Source: Nitrosopumilaceae archaeon (GTDB lineage: Archaea > Thermoproteota > Nitrososphaeria > Nitrososphaerales > Nitrosopumilaceae). From it: a DNA stretch of 64,000 nt. Each line of letters opens with the position of its first letter. Positions within the stretch are counted from its first letter, which is position 1. The DNA is taken from NCBI GenBank assembly GCA_965209085.1, contig OZ242376.1:96001-160000 (forward strand), written 5' to 3'. The notes below the pieces were generated by a model, which was given only the letters and a program-made list of their open reading frames with translations, was not told the DNA's origin and did no database searches. Positions 9,399 to 19,932 of the stretch are shown piece by piece. The translations under genes were made by a program, and so were the position numbers.

Positions 9399-11212
9399 TA
9401 TACGCCACCTCTAGTTGGGTTTGTATTGAAAAGTTTCAATTCGTCTGCAGAAGGTCGTATTTGGGCGCGTATTCTGTATCCTTTGGTAAGCAGCAGAGCC
9501 TGACCTTTGCTGAACGTGGAAATTAATTCGACCTCGCGATCGGAGAGCCCTAGAACTTTTTGGGCAAGTTTTGCAGCGTCCGGCTCAAGCCCAAGTATTA
9601 TTTTAAGCCCTGAATTATTTGAAAAAGTACGTCCATATTCATTGGATGTTATATCGTTGGGCTCCTGCGTGATAAATATCCCAATTGCATGGTATGCTCT
9701 GCCCATTCTGGCAATTTCCTCTATTATACGTGAGGTATTTTTTTTCTTAAAAAGACGCCAGCCTTCATCGACAATAATGATCTTTGGGCGTGATTTATTG
9801 GCAGTTAGTACAGTCTTCCAGGCCTTTGCAAAAGTCAGTACGGTTAACATGGAAACCATCGACGAGGGTTTGTTTTTTAAAGAGATTACAGTTCTGTCCC
9901 CAAATTCCTTGTCCCCGTGTATGATTTTTTGCATGTCTGCTGCTATCAGTCTCTGCACATATTTTGAAGCCTTGTTGTTGGAATCAAGTTTTTCATAAAG
10001 TTCTGCAACACTACTGCAATTTTCTGTGGCCGCAAGTATTTCATTACGCGTAGGTGTATCATCTTCGTCAACACCGCATATGTCGGATATAATGTCGGCT
10101 GTATCCACCGTACTGCCAAAAAGATGGAATGGATCAAGATCCATGGTTACATCGCCTTCAAAATTTATCTCGTCAAGATTCCATTTGCTTGCAGGGTACT
10201 CGCCTTTGGGATCAATGATGAAAACCATCGAATCAGGATGGGCGTCAATAAGTCTGGTAAGTATGGTTTTTGCAGTAACTGATTTGCCTTTACCTACTCT
10301 GGCAAGTATCAAAATGTTATAACTGTCCAGAGTAGTATGATCCCAGACTATCGGGGCGCCGGTAGTCATGTTTATCCCTATACAAATACCTCCTGGAGTT
10401 TCAATAAGATCAGATGATGCAAACGGATAAAAAATATTCAATGATCCCAACTCGATGTACAGCTGTTTTCCCCATCCGTTCTCAAGCATGATCTGCTGTT
10501 TTGTAGGAGTCGCATCCCATTTTGTCATGGTGGCAGCGGCACTGGTTTTGAATTGATTTTCACGCACTTTGAGATCTTCAAGCGTATCTGCTTGAATTAA
10601 CGCGTTGCATTCGCACACGAACAGCTGTGTGGCCTGTCTAGCTAGTGCATCCATGGTGGCAAGACCTTTTTCATATTTGTATGCATGGTCCGGAGATCGA
10701 AGTCTTGTAGCACTTAGCATTCCCACATATCTGCGCATTTTTGTAACTGCGCGATCATGTGGAATAGGCGTCAATCTCATGGAAATCATCTCAGAATATC
10801 CCAACACGTTGTAAATCCATGCCGGATATAGCTGGGACGGGAGCCCATACAGCGTATAACATTTGGCAAAAGTGCCATTGGAAAGCTCCAGGTATGAGTT
10901 GCCTGAAACAACCGAATGATGCTCTCTTCGTACAGAATAAAATTTCCTCTCAGAGACCACATGGTGATCATATTCGTCCAAATTGGTATCTAGACTTACT
11001 GGGCTTTCTACAAAAGTCCGGGGCCGAACCAGATTTATTTCCTCAGAACCCATTTGAACCGTAAGCGGTTCGTTGATCATGATGATACGGGTTTTATTTC
11101 TAAGCGTGCGTAAAAATCCCAAATATTTTGCCATCGATTCCATTTTTTTATCATCCGATAGGGTTTCAAAATCAGTAGCGGCAATTTCATAGGAAAATTT
11201 TTGTTCTGTCAT
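9398..11212 (-). CDS. virB4: VirB4-like (conjugative T4SS) ATPase
   Basis: GINMTTGAPIVWD, Walker A ARVGKGKS, IIDPKGEY, Walker B IIVDEGW, R.GR....FITQ, GQALL. Confidence 0.85.
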   Translation of the reverse strand: MTEQKFSYEIAATDFETLSDDKKMESMAKYLGFLRTLRNKTRIIMINEPLTVQMGSEEINLVRPRTFVESPVSLDTNLDEYDHHVVSERKFYSVRREHHSVVSGNSYLELSNGTFAKCYTLYGLPSQLYPAWIYNVLGYSEMISMRLTPIPHDRAVTKMRRYVGMLSATRLRSPDHAYKYEKGLATMDALARQATQLFVCECNALIQADTLEDLKVRENQFKTSAAATMTKWDATPTKQQIMLENGWGKQLYIELGSLNIFYPFASSDLIETPGGICIGINMTTGAPIVWDHTTLDSYNILILARVGKGKSVTAKTILTRLIDAHPDSMVFIIDPKGEYPASKWNLDEINFEGDVTMDLDPFHLFGSTVDTADIISDICGVDEDDTPTRNEILAATENCSSVAELYEKLDSNNKASKYVQRLIAADMQKIIHGDKEFGDRTVISLKNKPSSMVSMLTVLTFAKAWKTVLTANKSRPKIIIVDEGWRLFKKKNTSRIIEEIARMGRAYHAIGIFITQEPNDITSNEYGRTFSNNSGLKIILGLEPDAAKLAQKVLGLSDREVELISTFSKGQALLLTKGYRIRAQIRPSADELKLFNTNPTRGGV

Positions 11213-11268
11213 TAATTACTAAAACATGTGTTACATTTAAGGGAAATATTTGAAAATATTCTTATGTT

Positions 11269-12714
11269 TTAATTTACATATATGCTGGCAAGTATTTTTA
11301 TTATATCTGCATGGTCGGAAATTTTTTCCTGTATGCACCGTTCTAGAAGATTAATCCGTTTTGTGAGATTTTCTGACGCATCTGTGCCGAATTTTTCTGC
11401 AACATCATGTACACGTTTACTCTTGGTTACAAGATCTTCCACACATTCTGTATCATAACGATCATCTGATGTTATATACTTGAACAGAGGTTTGATTTTT
11501 GGATTGTTTGAACCCGGAGTGATCTCGTCTATGCGTAATATTTTGCGGTGAATTTCTTTGCCGCACCGTATCTCCCCCAAATGTACCATGAACCACAAAA
11601 GCACCAGCTGGTTGCGGCTCAAACCGATATCCCTGTCTGTCAGACGCATGCGTGCGTATGTGGGATCTTCTGCATGAAATGTGGCCATACCGCCGTGTCC
11701 GGTGGCGGCAATGTCAAACAATGAATGCACCTCCCCGCTGTTGCGTACCTCTCCAAGAACTATAAAATGTGGACGCATGCGAAGTGCCTCATAGTTTAAC
11801 CGTTGAAGATTAATTGCAAATTTTTCATCTTCATAATCCCCGCGGGTCACAAGCCGTTTCCACCGTTTGTGCGGTATCTGCAGCTCTGGCATGTCTTCTG
11901 CGGTGACTATGATCCATTTTGGATGGCATAAAAACATCAATGCGTTTAGTGCTGTAGTCTTGCCCGCACTGGTGGGACCGACTAGTATGCCAAAAGCGCG
12001 CGCATCAATCATCATCCACAGGTATGCTGCCTGTAATTTTGTCATGGTGCCGTTTTTTATCAAATCAATAACTGTTAGGGGAATCTTAGTAAATTTTCTT
12101 ATGGATATTATAGGTCCGGGCAGGGATACTTTGTCATCGTACGTAATGTGCATTCTATGCCCCTCTGGAAGCCGCAAATTTCCAAATGGTTTTGCATCGG
12201 AGACTGTTTTATGATTGCGTAACATAATGCTCTGCACAAATGCGTTCATATTGTTTTTGGTGCCAAATGACAAATTTGTATCAAGTACAGGATACTTCCA
12301 GCTTTTATGCACTCTGTGCACTATTCCCACGTCCGCATCAAATTTTTCACACGTAATATCTTCTACCTGGCTGTCCTGCATGGGTACGTCTAGTATGCCG
12401 TATCTGAGAATATCACGCTCCAATCTATACCTTAAACCCCTGTAACATTTCTTTATTTTATCGGTCTGCCCGATCAGACTAGCTCGCCGCCATATGTTTT
12501 CCTCAATGTATGCAATAGGATCCCTGGAATCTTTTAGCGGTATAAGTGACTGATACATGTGCATTAACATTTCGCGGTATATTTTTTCGCCTTCAAATGT
12601 TAACATCGGCTCGTGTACGATGTATCTGCCGTCGTTTGTTATGGTAACACTGGACTGCCCTACTTTGTATCTGCTGATAATTTGAACGTTAGGCAGTATG
12701 ACGGATCTGTTCAC
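11269..12714 (-). CDS. type II/IV secretion ATPase (FlaI/TadA/VirB11 family)
   Basis: ISIRKF, Walker A GPTSAGKTT, AEDMPEL, ALRMRPHFIVLGEVR, TGHGGMATFHA. Confidence 0.92.
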   Translation of the reverse strand: MNRSVILPNVQIISRYKVGQSSVTITNDGRYIVHEPMLTFEGEKIYREMLMHMYQSLIPLKDSRDPIAYIEENIWRRASLIGQTDKIKKCYRGLRYRLERDILRYGILDVPMQDSQVEDITCEKFDADVGIVHRVHKSWKYPVLDTNLSFGTKNNMNAFVQSIMLRNHKTVSDAKPFGNLRLPEGHRMHITYDDKVSLPGPIISIRKFTKIPLTVIDLIKNGTMTKLQAAYLWMMIDARAFGILVGPTSAGKTTALNALMFLCHPKWIIVTAEDMPELQIPHKRWKRLVTRGDYEDEKFAINLQRLNYEALRMRPHFIVLGEVRNSGEVHSLFDIAATGHGGMATFHAEDPTYARMRLTDRDIGLSRNQLVLLWFMVHLGEIRCGKEIHRKILRIDEITPGSNNPKIKPLFKYITSDDRYDTECVEDLVTKSKRVHDVAEKFGTDASENLTKRINLLERCIQEKISDHADIIKILASIYVN

Positions 12715-12752
12715 ATTTGTACAAACCCATAATATCTAAAAAGGAAAATATC

Positions 12753-13301
12753 TTAGGATGTTAGAACAAAATCCACAATGTTCTCGCCGCCTGCAGTCAT
12801 TGAGCTTAGAGAATAATATGCCTGTCCTTTTACACGCCAGTCTAAATCCCCATCATTTAGTGATTTCCACAGCTCTTCCTCATTACCGGTGTTCCTAAGC
12901 GTAATAATATCTGATAAACTAGTTGATCCGCCGCCTAGTATGGTAAAATAGTTCGAAGATGCGACAAATCCGTCGGCCCTTTCCCCTATTTGTCCTATAT
13001 GTACGCGGGAGCCGGATTCTGTAATATCATATTTTACAAATTGGAGTATGACCGATTTGTAATTTGGGTTTGAGACTGTAATACGTAGGTTCAGAGTGGC
13101 ATATTTTTCATCCATGTATGAGATGTCAAGCTCTTCTAGATCAAATATGAGCGGTTCAATACTGGCAAGTTTTTGTTCTGAAAATTGGATTATGCTCCCC
13201 TCAGAGACATCGTTGATGACGGCTAGACCTGAAAATCCGATTATGGCTATTATTACAACAAAACCTGCAACCGCTGATCCCACCAAAATCTTGGCATTCA
13301 T
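12753..13301 (-). CDS. conserved membrane-anchored protein (LEA_2/WHy-like)
   Basis: N-terminal TM; LRITVSNPN and YDI motifs. Confidence 0.6.
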   Translation of the reverse strand: MNAKILVGSAVAGFVVIIAIIGFSGLAVINDVSEGSIIQFSEQKLASIEPLIFDLEELDISYMDEKYATLNLRITVSNPNYKSVILQFVKYDITESGSRVHIGQIGERADGFVASSNYFTILGGGSTSLSDIITLRNTGNEEELWKSLNDGDLDWRVKGQAYYSLSSMTAGGENIVDFVLTS

Positions 13302-13484
13302 ACCAAAATCAGATAATGGCTTGTCTTAAATGTTGAGACGATCCTGAGATATTATGCAAGATTGATCTGAAAACATCCGTTAAAGATCAGAATATGCCAA
13401 ATAATCCATCATTTTTTTACCAATGGGCAGAATTTGAATTCAAGAGTTCCACTTTTCACGAGTTTTATAACTGTGGAATAATCC

Positions 13485-13838
13485 ATGAACTGTATGCAAT
13501 ATTTTCAGGCGGTGCAGCAGGGACGACAGAGGGCGGCAAAATCACAAATGATATTGTTTGATATAGCTGGTTTTGCAATGCTTACGCTTACTACTAAAAA
13601 AGTAAATGACAGTTTTGTACCGGTAGGCGAGGAAGATTATGCCGCGGTAATTCAAACCAGGGACGGATACGTTGCCATATTGGCAGATGGTGATGGAAAA
13701 ACAAAGGCGCAGACAAAAGCACTTGAAAAAAATGAGGCCGTGGAGATCTTCAAAAAAGTAATCAAGTCAGGAGTACCGGAATTTAGCGGCGATCAGGTGG
13801 AGATTTGGACGGAAAAATATCCAATAATCCGGGACTAG
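13485..13838 (+). CDS. conserved thaumarchaeal hypothetical protein
   Basis: 117 aa ORF with TTTATA box upstream. Confidence 0.7.
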   Translation: MNCMQYFQAVQQGRQRAAKSQMILFDIAGFAMLTLTTKKVNDSFVPVGEEDYAAVIQTRDGYVAILADGDGKTKAQTKALEKNEAVEIFKKVIKSGVPEFSGDQVEIWTEKYPIIRD

Positions 13839-14530
13839 CGCGCGCGTTTTTTCTTTGAGTGAATTATTTCGGTTCCGGCCGTGCCTCCTCTGATTGCGCG
13901 CTCCAAAACCGCAGTATCGGCTTTTAGTATGCGGGTTTTTATCCGCGAACGCTCTATTACCTTGAGTGCAACAATATCCATCAGATCATATCCGCCTGCA
14001 ACCGTATCCTCGTGTGCTAGCATGTTACGTAATTCACGCAGGTCGATTTTTTGGATTTTTTTGGCATTTTTGTATACCTTGGGGTCCTTGTCATACACGC
14101 CGTTCACATCGGTTGCATTGAGAAATTCAGACGCCCTTATTTTTTCAGCTACAAGGGCGGCCGTTCCGTTTGTACTTTGACCCGGATGCAGTCCGCCGGC
14201 AACCACTACAAGACCGCTTTCAACAGCATGCTGTACTTCGCGCAGGGTGGTGGGAGGATGCGTGTATGCTTTTTTGCCAATCGCGCATATCAAAAGTTTG
14301 GCGTTGAGTCTTGAAACCTCTATTCCAAGCTCGTCCAACGTGGATTCATCCGCGCCCGAATTCCTTGCATGTACTATGTAATGGCGGGCAATCTTGCCTC
14401 CTCCGGCTATTGCAATGGGCTGACACACCCTGCTGATTTTTACAAGAAATGAGGCAAATTTTTCAATCAAAGCGGGATGTTCGGGATCAAAGATGCTGCC
14501 TGAGAGTTTTATCACTATTCTTTTTTTCAC
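13835..14530 (-). CDS. pyrH: UMP kinase
   Basis: [31 protein letters not shown]. Confidence 0.95.
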   Translation of the reverse strand: MKKRIVIKLSGSIFDPEHPALIEKFASFLVKISRVCQPIAIAGGGKIARHYIVHARNSGADESTLDELGIEVSRLNAKLLICAIGKKAYTHPPTTLREVQHAVESGLVVVAGGLHPGQSTNGTAALVAEKIRASEFLNATDVNGVYDKDPKVYKNAKKIQKIDLRELRNMLAHEDTVAGGYDLMDIVALKVIERSRIKTRILKADTAVLERAIRGGTAGTEIIHSKKKRAR

Positions 14531-15771
14531 GAGCTATTCCCCTCTCCAAGCGCACTGCCGGCTATAATTTCAACTTTGTCTCGTGCCTCATGCGTGGCGT
14601 ATATGCGAGTTATGTTTAGAAATTTTGAAAGTGCGGAAACTAGGGGTATCTTGGATATTCCTAGCATTTGGGAATTTTTTGAGCCATCGGATTCGGTAGA
14701 GACCAAAACCACCGACTGCTCCTCCTCACTAAATGTCGTAACCGGAATGGCCGGAGCTGCGGACATGTCTATAAACACCTGATCCTTGTCCACTTTGGCT
14801 CTTTTTGCAATATCGGATATAATCTCGTCTGCTGGAACACCCATGGTGGCATCGCCGAATTTTTCATATACGCATTTGAAAAGTTTTCTATTCTGATAAT
14901 CCCTGGTGTATGATTTGGCCTTTACAAGATCCGGCGTGTCCGCATCCATGGATAAAATACGGTAAAGAAGAATCTCATCGGTAAGTTCAAGATATTCTGA
15001 AATATCCATGGAATCAAGGCACAGCCTGCTAGCCGAAAGTCTGACCGCTTCGGCAAGCATTACTTCTGCTGCACGCACTGTCTTGTGAAAATAAACCGCC
15101 TTGAACATCTGATAACGCGAATGCATCATGGATTCAAAAGAATGCAGTGCGGATTTTTCAATTGCGAGTCTGTTCCTACTAATGTCCAACGAGTCAGTTA
15201 TGCGCCGATGATCGAGCTTTCCGTGCTCTACTCCGGTAAAATAACCATCACGCAGCAGATAATCCATCATATCCGCGCTCAAATATCCTGAGAGAATCTC
15301 GGTCATGTGCCTGCTTGCATTACCTCCACCAAACGCCGTAGATGCAATCTCTCTTGGATCGTATCCTGCCGAAGAGATCGACTCTGCAATTTCCGTAGTC
15401 TCTATTATCTTTCTGCCCATCTCTTCGTGCGAGGATCTGTCTGCAAAACCTAGCGTTTCAAACATGTGGGAGAATGGTCCGTGTCCTATGTCGTGCAGCA
15501 GCCCTGCTAACCTGAGAATTCCTATTTTATCAGAATTAATTGCACCTTTTTCCACGAGGGCGCATCCTGCCATATCTGCTATGTGCATCACACCAAGCGA
15601 ATGCTCAAACCTAGTATGCTGTGCCCCCGGATAAACAAGATACGTTGAGGAGAGCTGTCTGATGCGGCGCAATCTTTGAAATGCGGGATTGCCGATTAGC
15701 TTTTGTTCCGCTTTATTGGCGCGCACAAAGCCGTGTATTGGATCAATTATGTCCAGCGAGTCCGAATTCAA
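14527..15771 (-). CDS. HD-domain phosphohydrolase (dNTPase/SAMHD1-like)
   Basis: [45 protein letters not shown]. Confidence 0.92.
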   Translation of the reverse strand: MNSDSLDIIDPIHGFVRANKAEQKLIGNPAFQRLRRIRQLSSTYLVYPGAQHTRFEHSLGVMHIADMAGCALVEKGAINSDKIGILRLAGLLHDIGHGPFSHMFETLGFADRSSHEEMGRKIIETTEIAESISSAGYDPREIASTAFGGGNASRHMTEILSGYLSADMMDYLLRDGYFTGVEHGKLDHRRITDSLDISRNRLAIEKSALHSFESMMHSRYQMFKAVYFHKTVRAAEVMLAEAVRLSASRLCLDSMDISEYLELTDEILLYRILSMDADTPDLVKAKSYTRDYQNRKLFKCVYEKFGDATMGVPADEIISDIAKRAKVDKDQVFIDMSAAPAIPVTTFSEEEQSVVLVSTESDGSKNSQMLGISKIPLVSALSKFLNITRIYATHEARDKVEIIAGSALGEGNSS

Positions 15772-16355
15772 GAACCCATCTCTTCCTTTACAATGAACAA
15801 TACCCGCTCGTGCACTTTTTTACGGTCCATTTTTGCGTCTATTATTTTCCAATGTTTGCGTTTTGCAACCGTTTTATACATGCGGGAAACTTTGTGGATA
15901 AAACCCCCGTCGCGTTCAAATCTGTCGCGTCCGGCATCCTTGCGCCGGAACGATTCATCCTGTGTCACATCCAGCAGTATTACCAGGTCTGATTTTGGCA
16001 GACCCTCGTCCAAACTTTCCAACCATGATTCGTTTAATCCGTTGGCCATGCCGTACACTAGGTTTGAATGGTAATATCGGTTCATTATTACAACAGAGCT
16101 CTCTTTGGCAGCCTGCCGTATCTTATCTGCTAGTTCCCATCTGTTGGCAGACATCAGACAGTGAATTACCTGTGGCATCGGCGCGCATTTGCCGTTTAGA
16201 ACATTTTTGATAACCTTGCCTACCGGAGTTGTGTAATCTGGAAAACTAAACGCCGAAACCTGCATTCCTCTAGCACCCAGAGCCTTTGCAAGCATGGCAG
16301 ACTGGGTTTTCTTCCCCGCCTGATCGCCGCCTTCTATGGATATGATCAACGGCAT
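15768..16355 (-). CDS. tmk: thymidylate kinase
   Basis: IEGGDQAGKKTQ, ANRWE, NRYYHSNLVYG. Confidence 0.93.
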   Translation of the reverse strand: MPLIISIEGGDQAGKKTQSAMLAKALGARGMQVSAFSFPDYTTPVGKVIKNVLNGKCAPMPQVIHCLMSANRWELADKIRQAAKESSVVIMNRYYHSNLVYGMANGLNESWLESLDEGLPKSDLVILLDVTQDESFRRKDAGRDRFERDGGFIHKVSRMYKTVAKRKHWKIIDAKMDRKKVHERVLFIVKEEMGS

Positions 16356-16383
16356 ACCATCATGGTGTAGGAATTAAAGCCTA

Positions 16384-16937
16384 TCAGGAGCCGCCTGCGG
16401 CATATTCGGATAAATCCCTGGCTATCTCCTCATAATGTGAACGGGGCTTGCCTATCTTTTCCAGGTAATCATTTTCAGTCTTGTCTAGTTCTGCACCAAC
16501 TTTTTTAGAGCTGTTCGCTAGGCGCATGTTAGCCATCATAAAGAGCCGATTGTTTTCCTTCCAAAGATGATCGGTAACGTGTTTTACATACATCTTCATG
16601 TCGGCAATTAAATTATCCGGACTGCAGGATTTTAGATAGTTGTCTGCGGATTTTTTCACACTCTTTGCTATCTGCCGAGTTTTTTCATGCTCCATTAACA
16701 TTACACCTATCGGACCCATGTTGGTTGGCATTCCTGATTCTGTCAGTGCCGGGAAAAGTGTTTTTTCTTCTTTTGAATGGTGGCATGCGCCGGTAAAATT
16801 TGTTGCAAAGTCCATCACCTGCATTAGAATTGATTCTGGTACGATTGTACCGCCGCGAAGCACACAAGTACTGTGGTTTCCACTTTTACCACTTTTTCTA
16901 CAAGATCATGATCGCGCCGCAACGATGCTGTGGACAC
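16384..16937 (-). pseudogene. hemerythrin-domain protein, frameshifted near 16863
   Basis: GTG at 16937 gives MSTASLRRDHDLVEKVVK (first His) in one frame; HHSKEE, EHE, HLWKEN are in another; span 554 nt is not a multiple of 3. Confidence 0.7.
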
Positions 16938-17052
16938 GGATGAAATATTGGCGCAGGGTATTATTAATTTTTTTTAAAATCCGGAAAAATGTGCACAGTA
17001 TAAACTCATACCTGTAAAAATATTGGCGTATGTTACCGGCATTAATTTGAAA

Positions 17053-17328
17053 TTATTTATTTGCCAGGTTATTTAATTTTACAAATTTCCAAATTCTCTT
17101 GATCATTTCGCCTGGAGGTAATGGTTTTTTACCAAAGATCTGCTCGGCGCTCTCTTTTCTGCCTGCAAAACTTATCGCGTATCCTCCGAATCCTCCCCTT
17201 TTACCGGTGGATTTTTTGGTTGTTTTTGTTTTGGATTTTGTAACCATTTTTATTTTAGATTTTGTAACCTTTTTTGCTTTGGATTTTGTTGTTGCTTTTG
17301 TTTTGGTTGGTTTTTTACTAGTTGCCAT
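17053..17328 (-). CDS. Lys-rich basic protein with C-terminal SWIB/MDM2-like segment
   Basis: K/T/S-rich tail; IFGKKPLPPGEMIKRIWKFVKLNNL resembles the SWIB core. Confidence 0.6.
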   Translation of the reverse strand: MATSKKPTKTKATTKSKAKKVTKSKIKMVTKSKTKTTKKSTGKRGGFGGYAISFAGRKESAEQIFGKKPLPPGEMIKRIWKFVKLNNLANK

Positions 17329-17358
17329 CGTATGAATATTCGATAGTAAGTATATAAC

Positions 17359-18015
17359 TTAAAGCTTTGAATACTTTAAAACCATCTCATCTCCGTGCCT
17401 AACAGCTTTTTTCAGTACAAATTTTGCGGATTTTATTATGCTCCCAAAACCTGTTCCATCAACTAGTGTGGGTGCCGTGCGGCCTCCGAGCAGGCGGGGC
17501 GAGATTGTAATCGTGATATTGTCCACAAACCCCCTGCTGACAAATTCCCAGTTTGTTTTCCCGCCGCCTTCCAACAAAACCGTTTTAATTTTTATTTTCC
17601 ACAGCCTGTATAACAGCAGTGGAATGCTGACCCGATCCACTCCTGCAACAATCACGTTTACTCCAAAGCTTTCAAGTTTCAAACGGCGTGATTTAGAAAT
17701 CTTTGAGGACGTTGCAACAATAGTGGGAATAACATTTGCGGTTTTTATGACGCGCAAAGACAGTGGCAGCGTTCCGCGCGAATCAATTATTATGCGTATG
17801 GGATTTTTCCCTCTTACGTGTCTTACGGTAAGAATTGGATCATCGAGTACGGTCGTACGCCATCCTATCAGTATTGCATCATGTTTTGTCCTAATTTTAT
17901 GCAGCCTTTTTACATCATCACGGGATGAAAGTTTTGAATCGCCGCCTATGCTTGCAATCTTACCGTCAAGTGAAATTGCCGCACTGAGTGTAATTTTTGG
18001 CCTAGATCTCACCAT
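17359..18015 (-). CDS. arfC: 2,5-diamino-6-ribosylamino-4(3H)-pyrimidinone 5'-phosphate reductase (RibD C-terminal/ArfC)
   Basis: AISLDGKIA, DDPILTVR, LLEGGG. Confidence 0.9.
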   Translation of the reverse strand: MVRSRPKITLSAAISLDGKIASIGGDSKLSSRDDVKRLHKIRTKHDAILIGWRTTVLDDPILTVRHVRGKNPIRIIIDSRGTLPLSLRVIKTANVIPTIVATSSKISKSRRLKLESFGVNVIVAGVDRVSIPLLLYRLWKIKIKTVLLEGGGKTNWEFVSRGFVDNITITISPRLLGGRTAPTLVDGTGFGSIIKSAKFVLKKAVRHGDEMVLKYSKL

Positions 18016-19192
18016 GAACTATTTTACCTCCTATCATGACAGCTTTGATTGACGAGCTAGATGTCCGATGGACCAGCGCCGCATACGGATCGTGAATCGG
18101 TTCCAAATCTATGGAATGTTTTTCCACTAGTACGCAGTCTGCCAGTTTTTCCGATTCAATGGAACCAATTCCTCTCTTGAGAATCTTACCGGCGTTTACC
18201 GTAGCCATCTTTAGTATATGTCTAGGATCCATGGGCTTCCTGTACGAGGCCATGGTTGCCTTCCATAAATAATCCATCTCGCGGAACATGTCCGGCGAAT
18301 TTACCATCACATTGTCTGTCCCAATGGCAATATTACAGCCTGCATTGGCCATCTCACGCACGTCCGGCAACCCTTCTGCTAGTACCGCATTGGCTCTTGG
18401 ACACACTACAATGCCTCGGGTTTTTTTTGCCGCTAGTTTCAGGTCCGCCCTTGATGCCTGCGTCATATGGACCAGAAAATCCGGCCATAGTCTGAGTGCG
18501 CGTATAATCTCGGATTTACCCGTTATTTCCCTGGATGTTTTAACGCTATCCTGCGTCTCCATGCAGTGTATGGCGCGTATCTTTGGAGCTTTTGAATACG
18601 CCTGGAGCGTTGCATTGCTGTGTTCGTTGGCACCGCTTATGCCAATCCCGTCACATTTTTTCAACAGTTCTACAAGATCCTGTGCATGTTCGGCAGCTGG
18701 CGCACGGTTTTGCCGTATCTCATGCATATCCTGGTAAAGATTTAGCCGCCCCAAAATTATGGTGCGTATGGGAATTTCCGATATGGCTTCGCGAAGCAGA
18801 TTTACTCCGGATAATCCATCTTCCCTAAAATCCACAAACGTGGTAATGCCGTTTTTTATCATGCTCATGCATGATGCGCGCATAAAAGTTGCAAGATGTT
18901 TTGGGTTAGTTTCCGCAAGTATTCTGGATTTTATTCCGTGTACCGGGTGCACTCTTGAATCAACTGATGCGCCCAGGGCAATATCCTTGCCAATGGAATC
19001 GCCCACGTGCGTGTGCGAGTTTATAATGCCTGGCATTATGAGCAAACCTTCGCAGTCCACGGATGTTTCAGATGCACCTGCGTGTATGCTTGGACCTATG
19101 CGGCCAAATCTGCCACGTACGATTTTGATGTTGGTGGATTCAACATAGCGCAGCTCTTTGCCGATTAGCGCACTTGCATTTTTTAAGAGCAA
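18002..19192 (-). CDS. metal-dependent amidohydrolase
   Basis: PGIINSHTH, IHCME, LVHMT, IGTDN, ATVNAG. Confidence 0.9.
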   Translation of the reverse strand: MLLKNASALIGKELRYVESTNIKIVRGRFGRIGPSIHAGASETSVDCEGLLIMPGIINSHTHVGDSIGKDIALGASVDSRVHPVHGIKSRILAETNPKHLATFMRASCMSMIKNGITTFVDFREDGLSGVNLLREAISEIPIRTIILGRLNLYQDMHEIRQNRAPAAEHAQDLVELLKKCDGIGISGANEHSNATLQAYSKAPKIRAIHCMETQDSVKTSREITGKSEIIRALRLWPDFLVHMTQASRADLKLAAKKTRGIVVCPRANAVLAEGLPDVREMANAGCNIAIGTDNVMVNSPDMFREMDYLWKATMASYRKPMDPRHILKMATVNAGKILKRGIGSIESEKLADCVLVEKHSIDLEPIHDPYAALVHRTSSSSIKAVMIGGKIVHGEI

Positions 19193-19932
19193 GGCAGCTC
19201 ATATACCCTGGGATTTTCCGCACCAGAATCCCTAATCTTTCGTATGGTATCAAGAGATTTTGTGGCAAGGCATGCTGCCTGACGGGATGTTTTGGCCGTT
19301 CCTATTCCGCAGTTGAGAATTATTCCGCGCTCTTTTTTGATTTTATCGATAAATTCAACTGCTGATTCTTTTGCATCAGGAGAGGATACGACCATGAAAT
19401 TATCCCCGCCCATAAAAAAAGCAAGGGATTCTTTTGCCTTGAAAAACTCCAACATGTACGCGTACAGTCCGAATATGGCAGATGTGGTGTCATACGGGGA
19501 AAGTTTTTTTTGTGATTCGGTCAAATTGTCCACGTCAAGATGCATTATGGTTACAGCAGAGTCCCCGCCGCACGTTTTTCCGTAAATACTGTCGTTTTCA
19601 TCGCCGGACTGTGCGGTTTTTCTTGCCTCGTATGCGACAATATTTGCCCCGTATGGAGTATTGGCACATCCTATGGAAAAAGAGAGTTTTGTACGGGGAT
19701 CATACGTCTGTTTTTTTATCATTTCATGTCCCTGAATGTCAAGTCCGTTTGTTACGGCAAAAAATTCATCTGCCCGGTTGGAAAATACAAGAGAGTTCTT
19801 TTTGGAAAAATACTCTTGTAAATTTTTGTACAATGTAGCCTGCAGCATCTGCAATACGTGTTCCCTGTCGCTACCTAGTGTAAGGGTCCACGGTCCGTAT
19901 CCTGTTATTTTTGCAATACACAACTGTATCAT
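19183..19932 (-). CDS. arfA: GTP cyclohydrolase III
   Basis: GYGPWTLTLGSDRE..LQ.LQ, FMGGDNF. Confidence 0.9.
   Translation of the reverse strand: MIQLCIAKITGYGPWTLTLGSDREHVLQMLQATLYKNLQEYFSKKNSLVFSNRADEFFAVTNGLDIQGHEMIKKQTYDPRTKLSFSIGCANTPYGANIVAYEARKTAQSGDENDSIYGKTCGGDSAVTIMHLDVDNLTESQKKLSPYDTTSAIFGLYAYMLEFFKAKESLAFFMGGDNFMVVSSPDAKESAVEFIDKIKKERGIILNCGIGTAKTSRQAACLATKSLDTIRKIRDSGAENPRVYELPCS

Noticed and set aside
11269-12714. Archaellum operon
   Set aside because: No FlaB, FlaH, FlaF/G or chemotaxis genes; context is pilins plus VirB4
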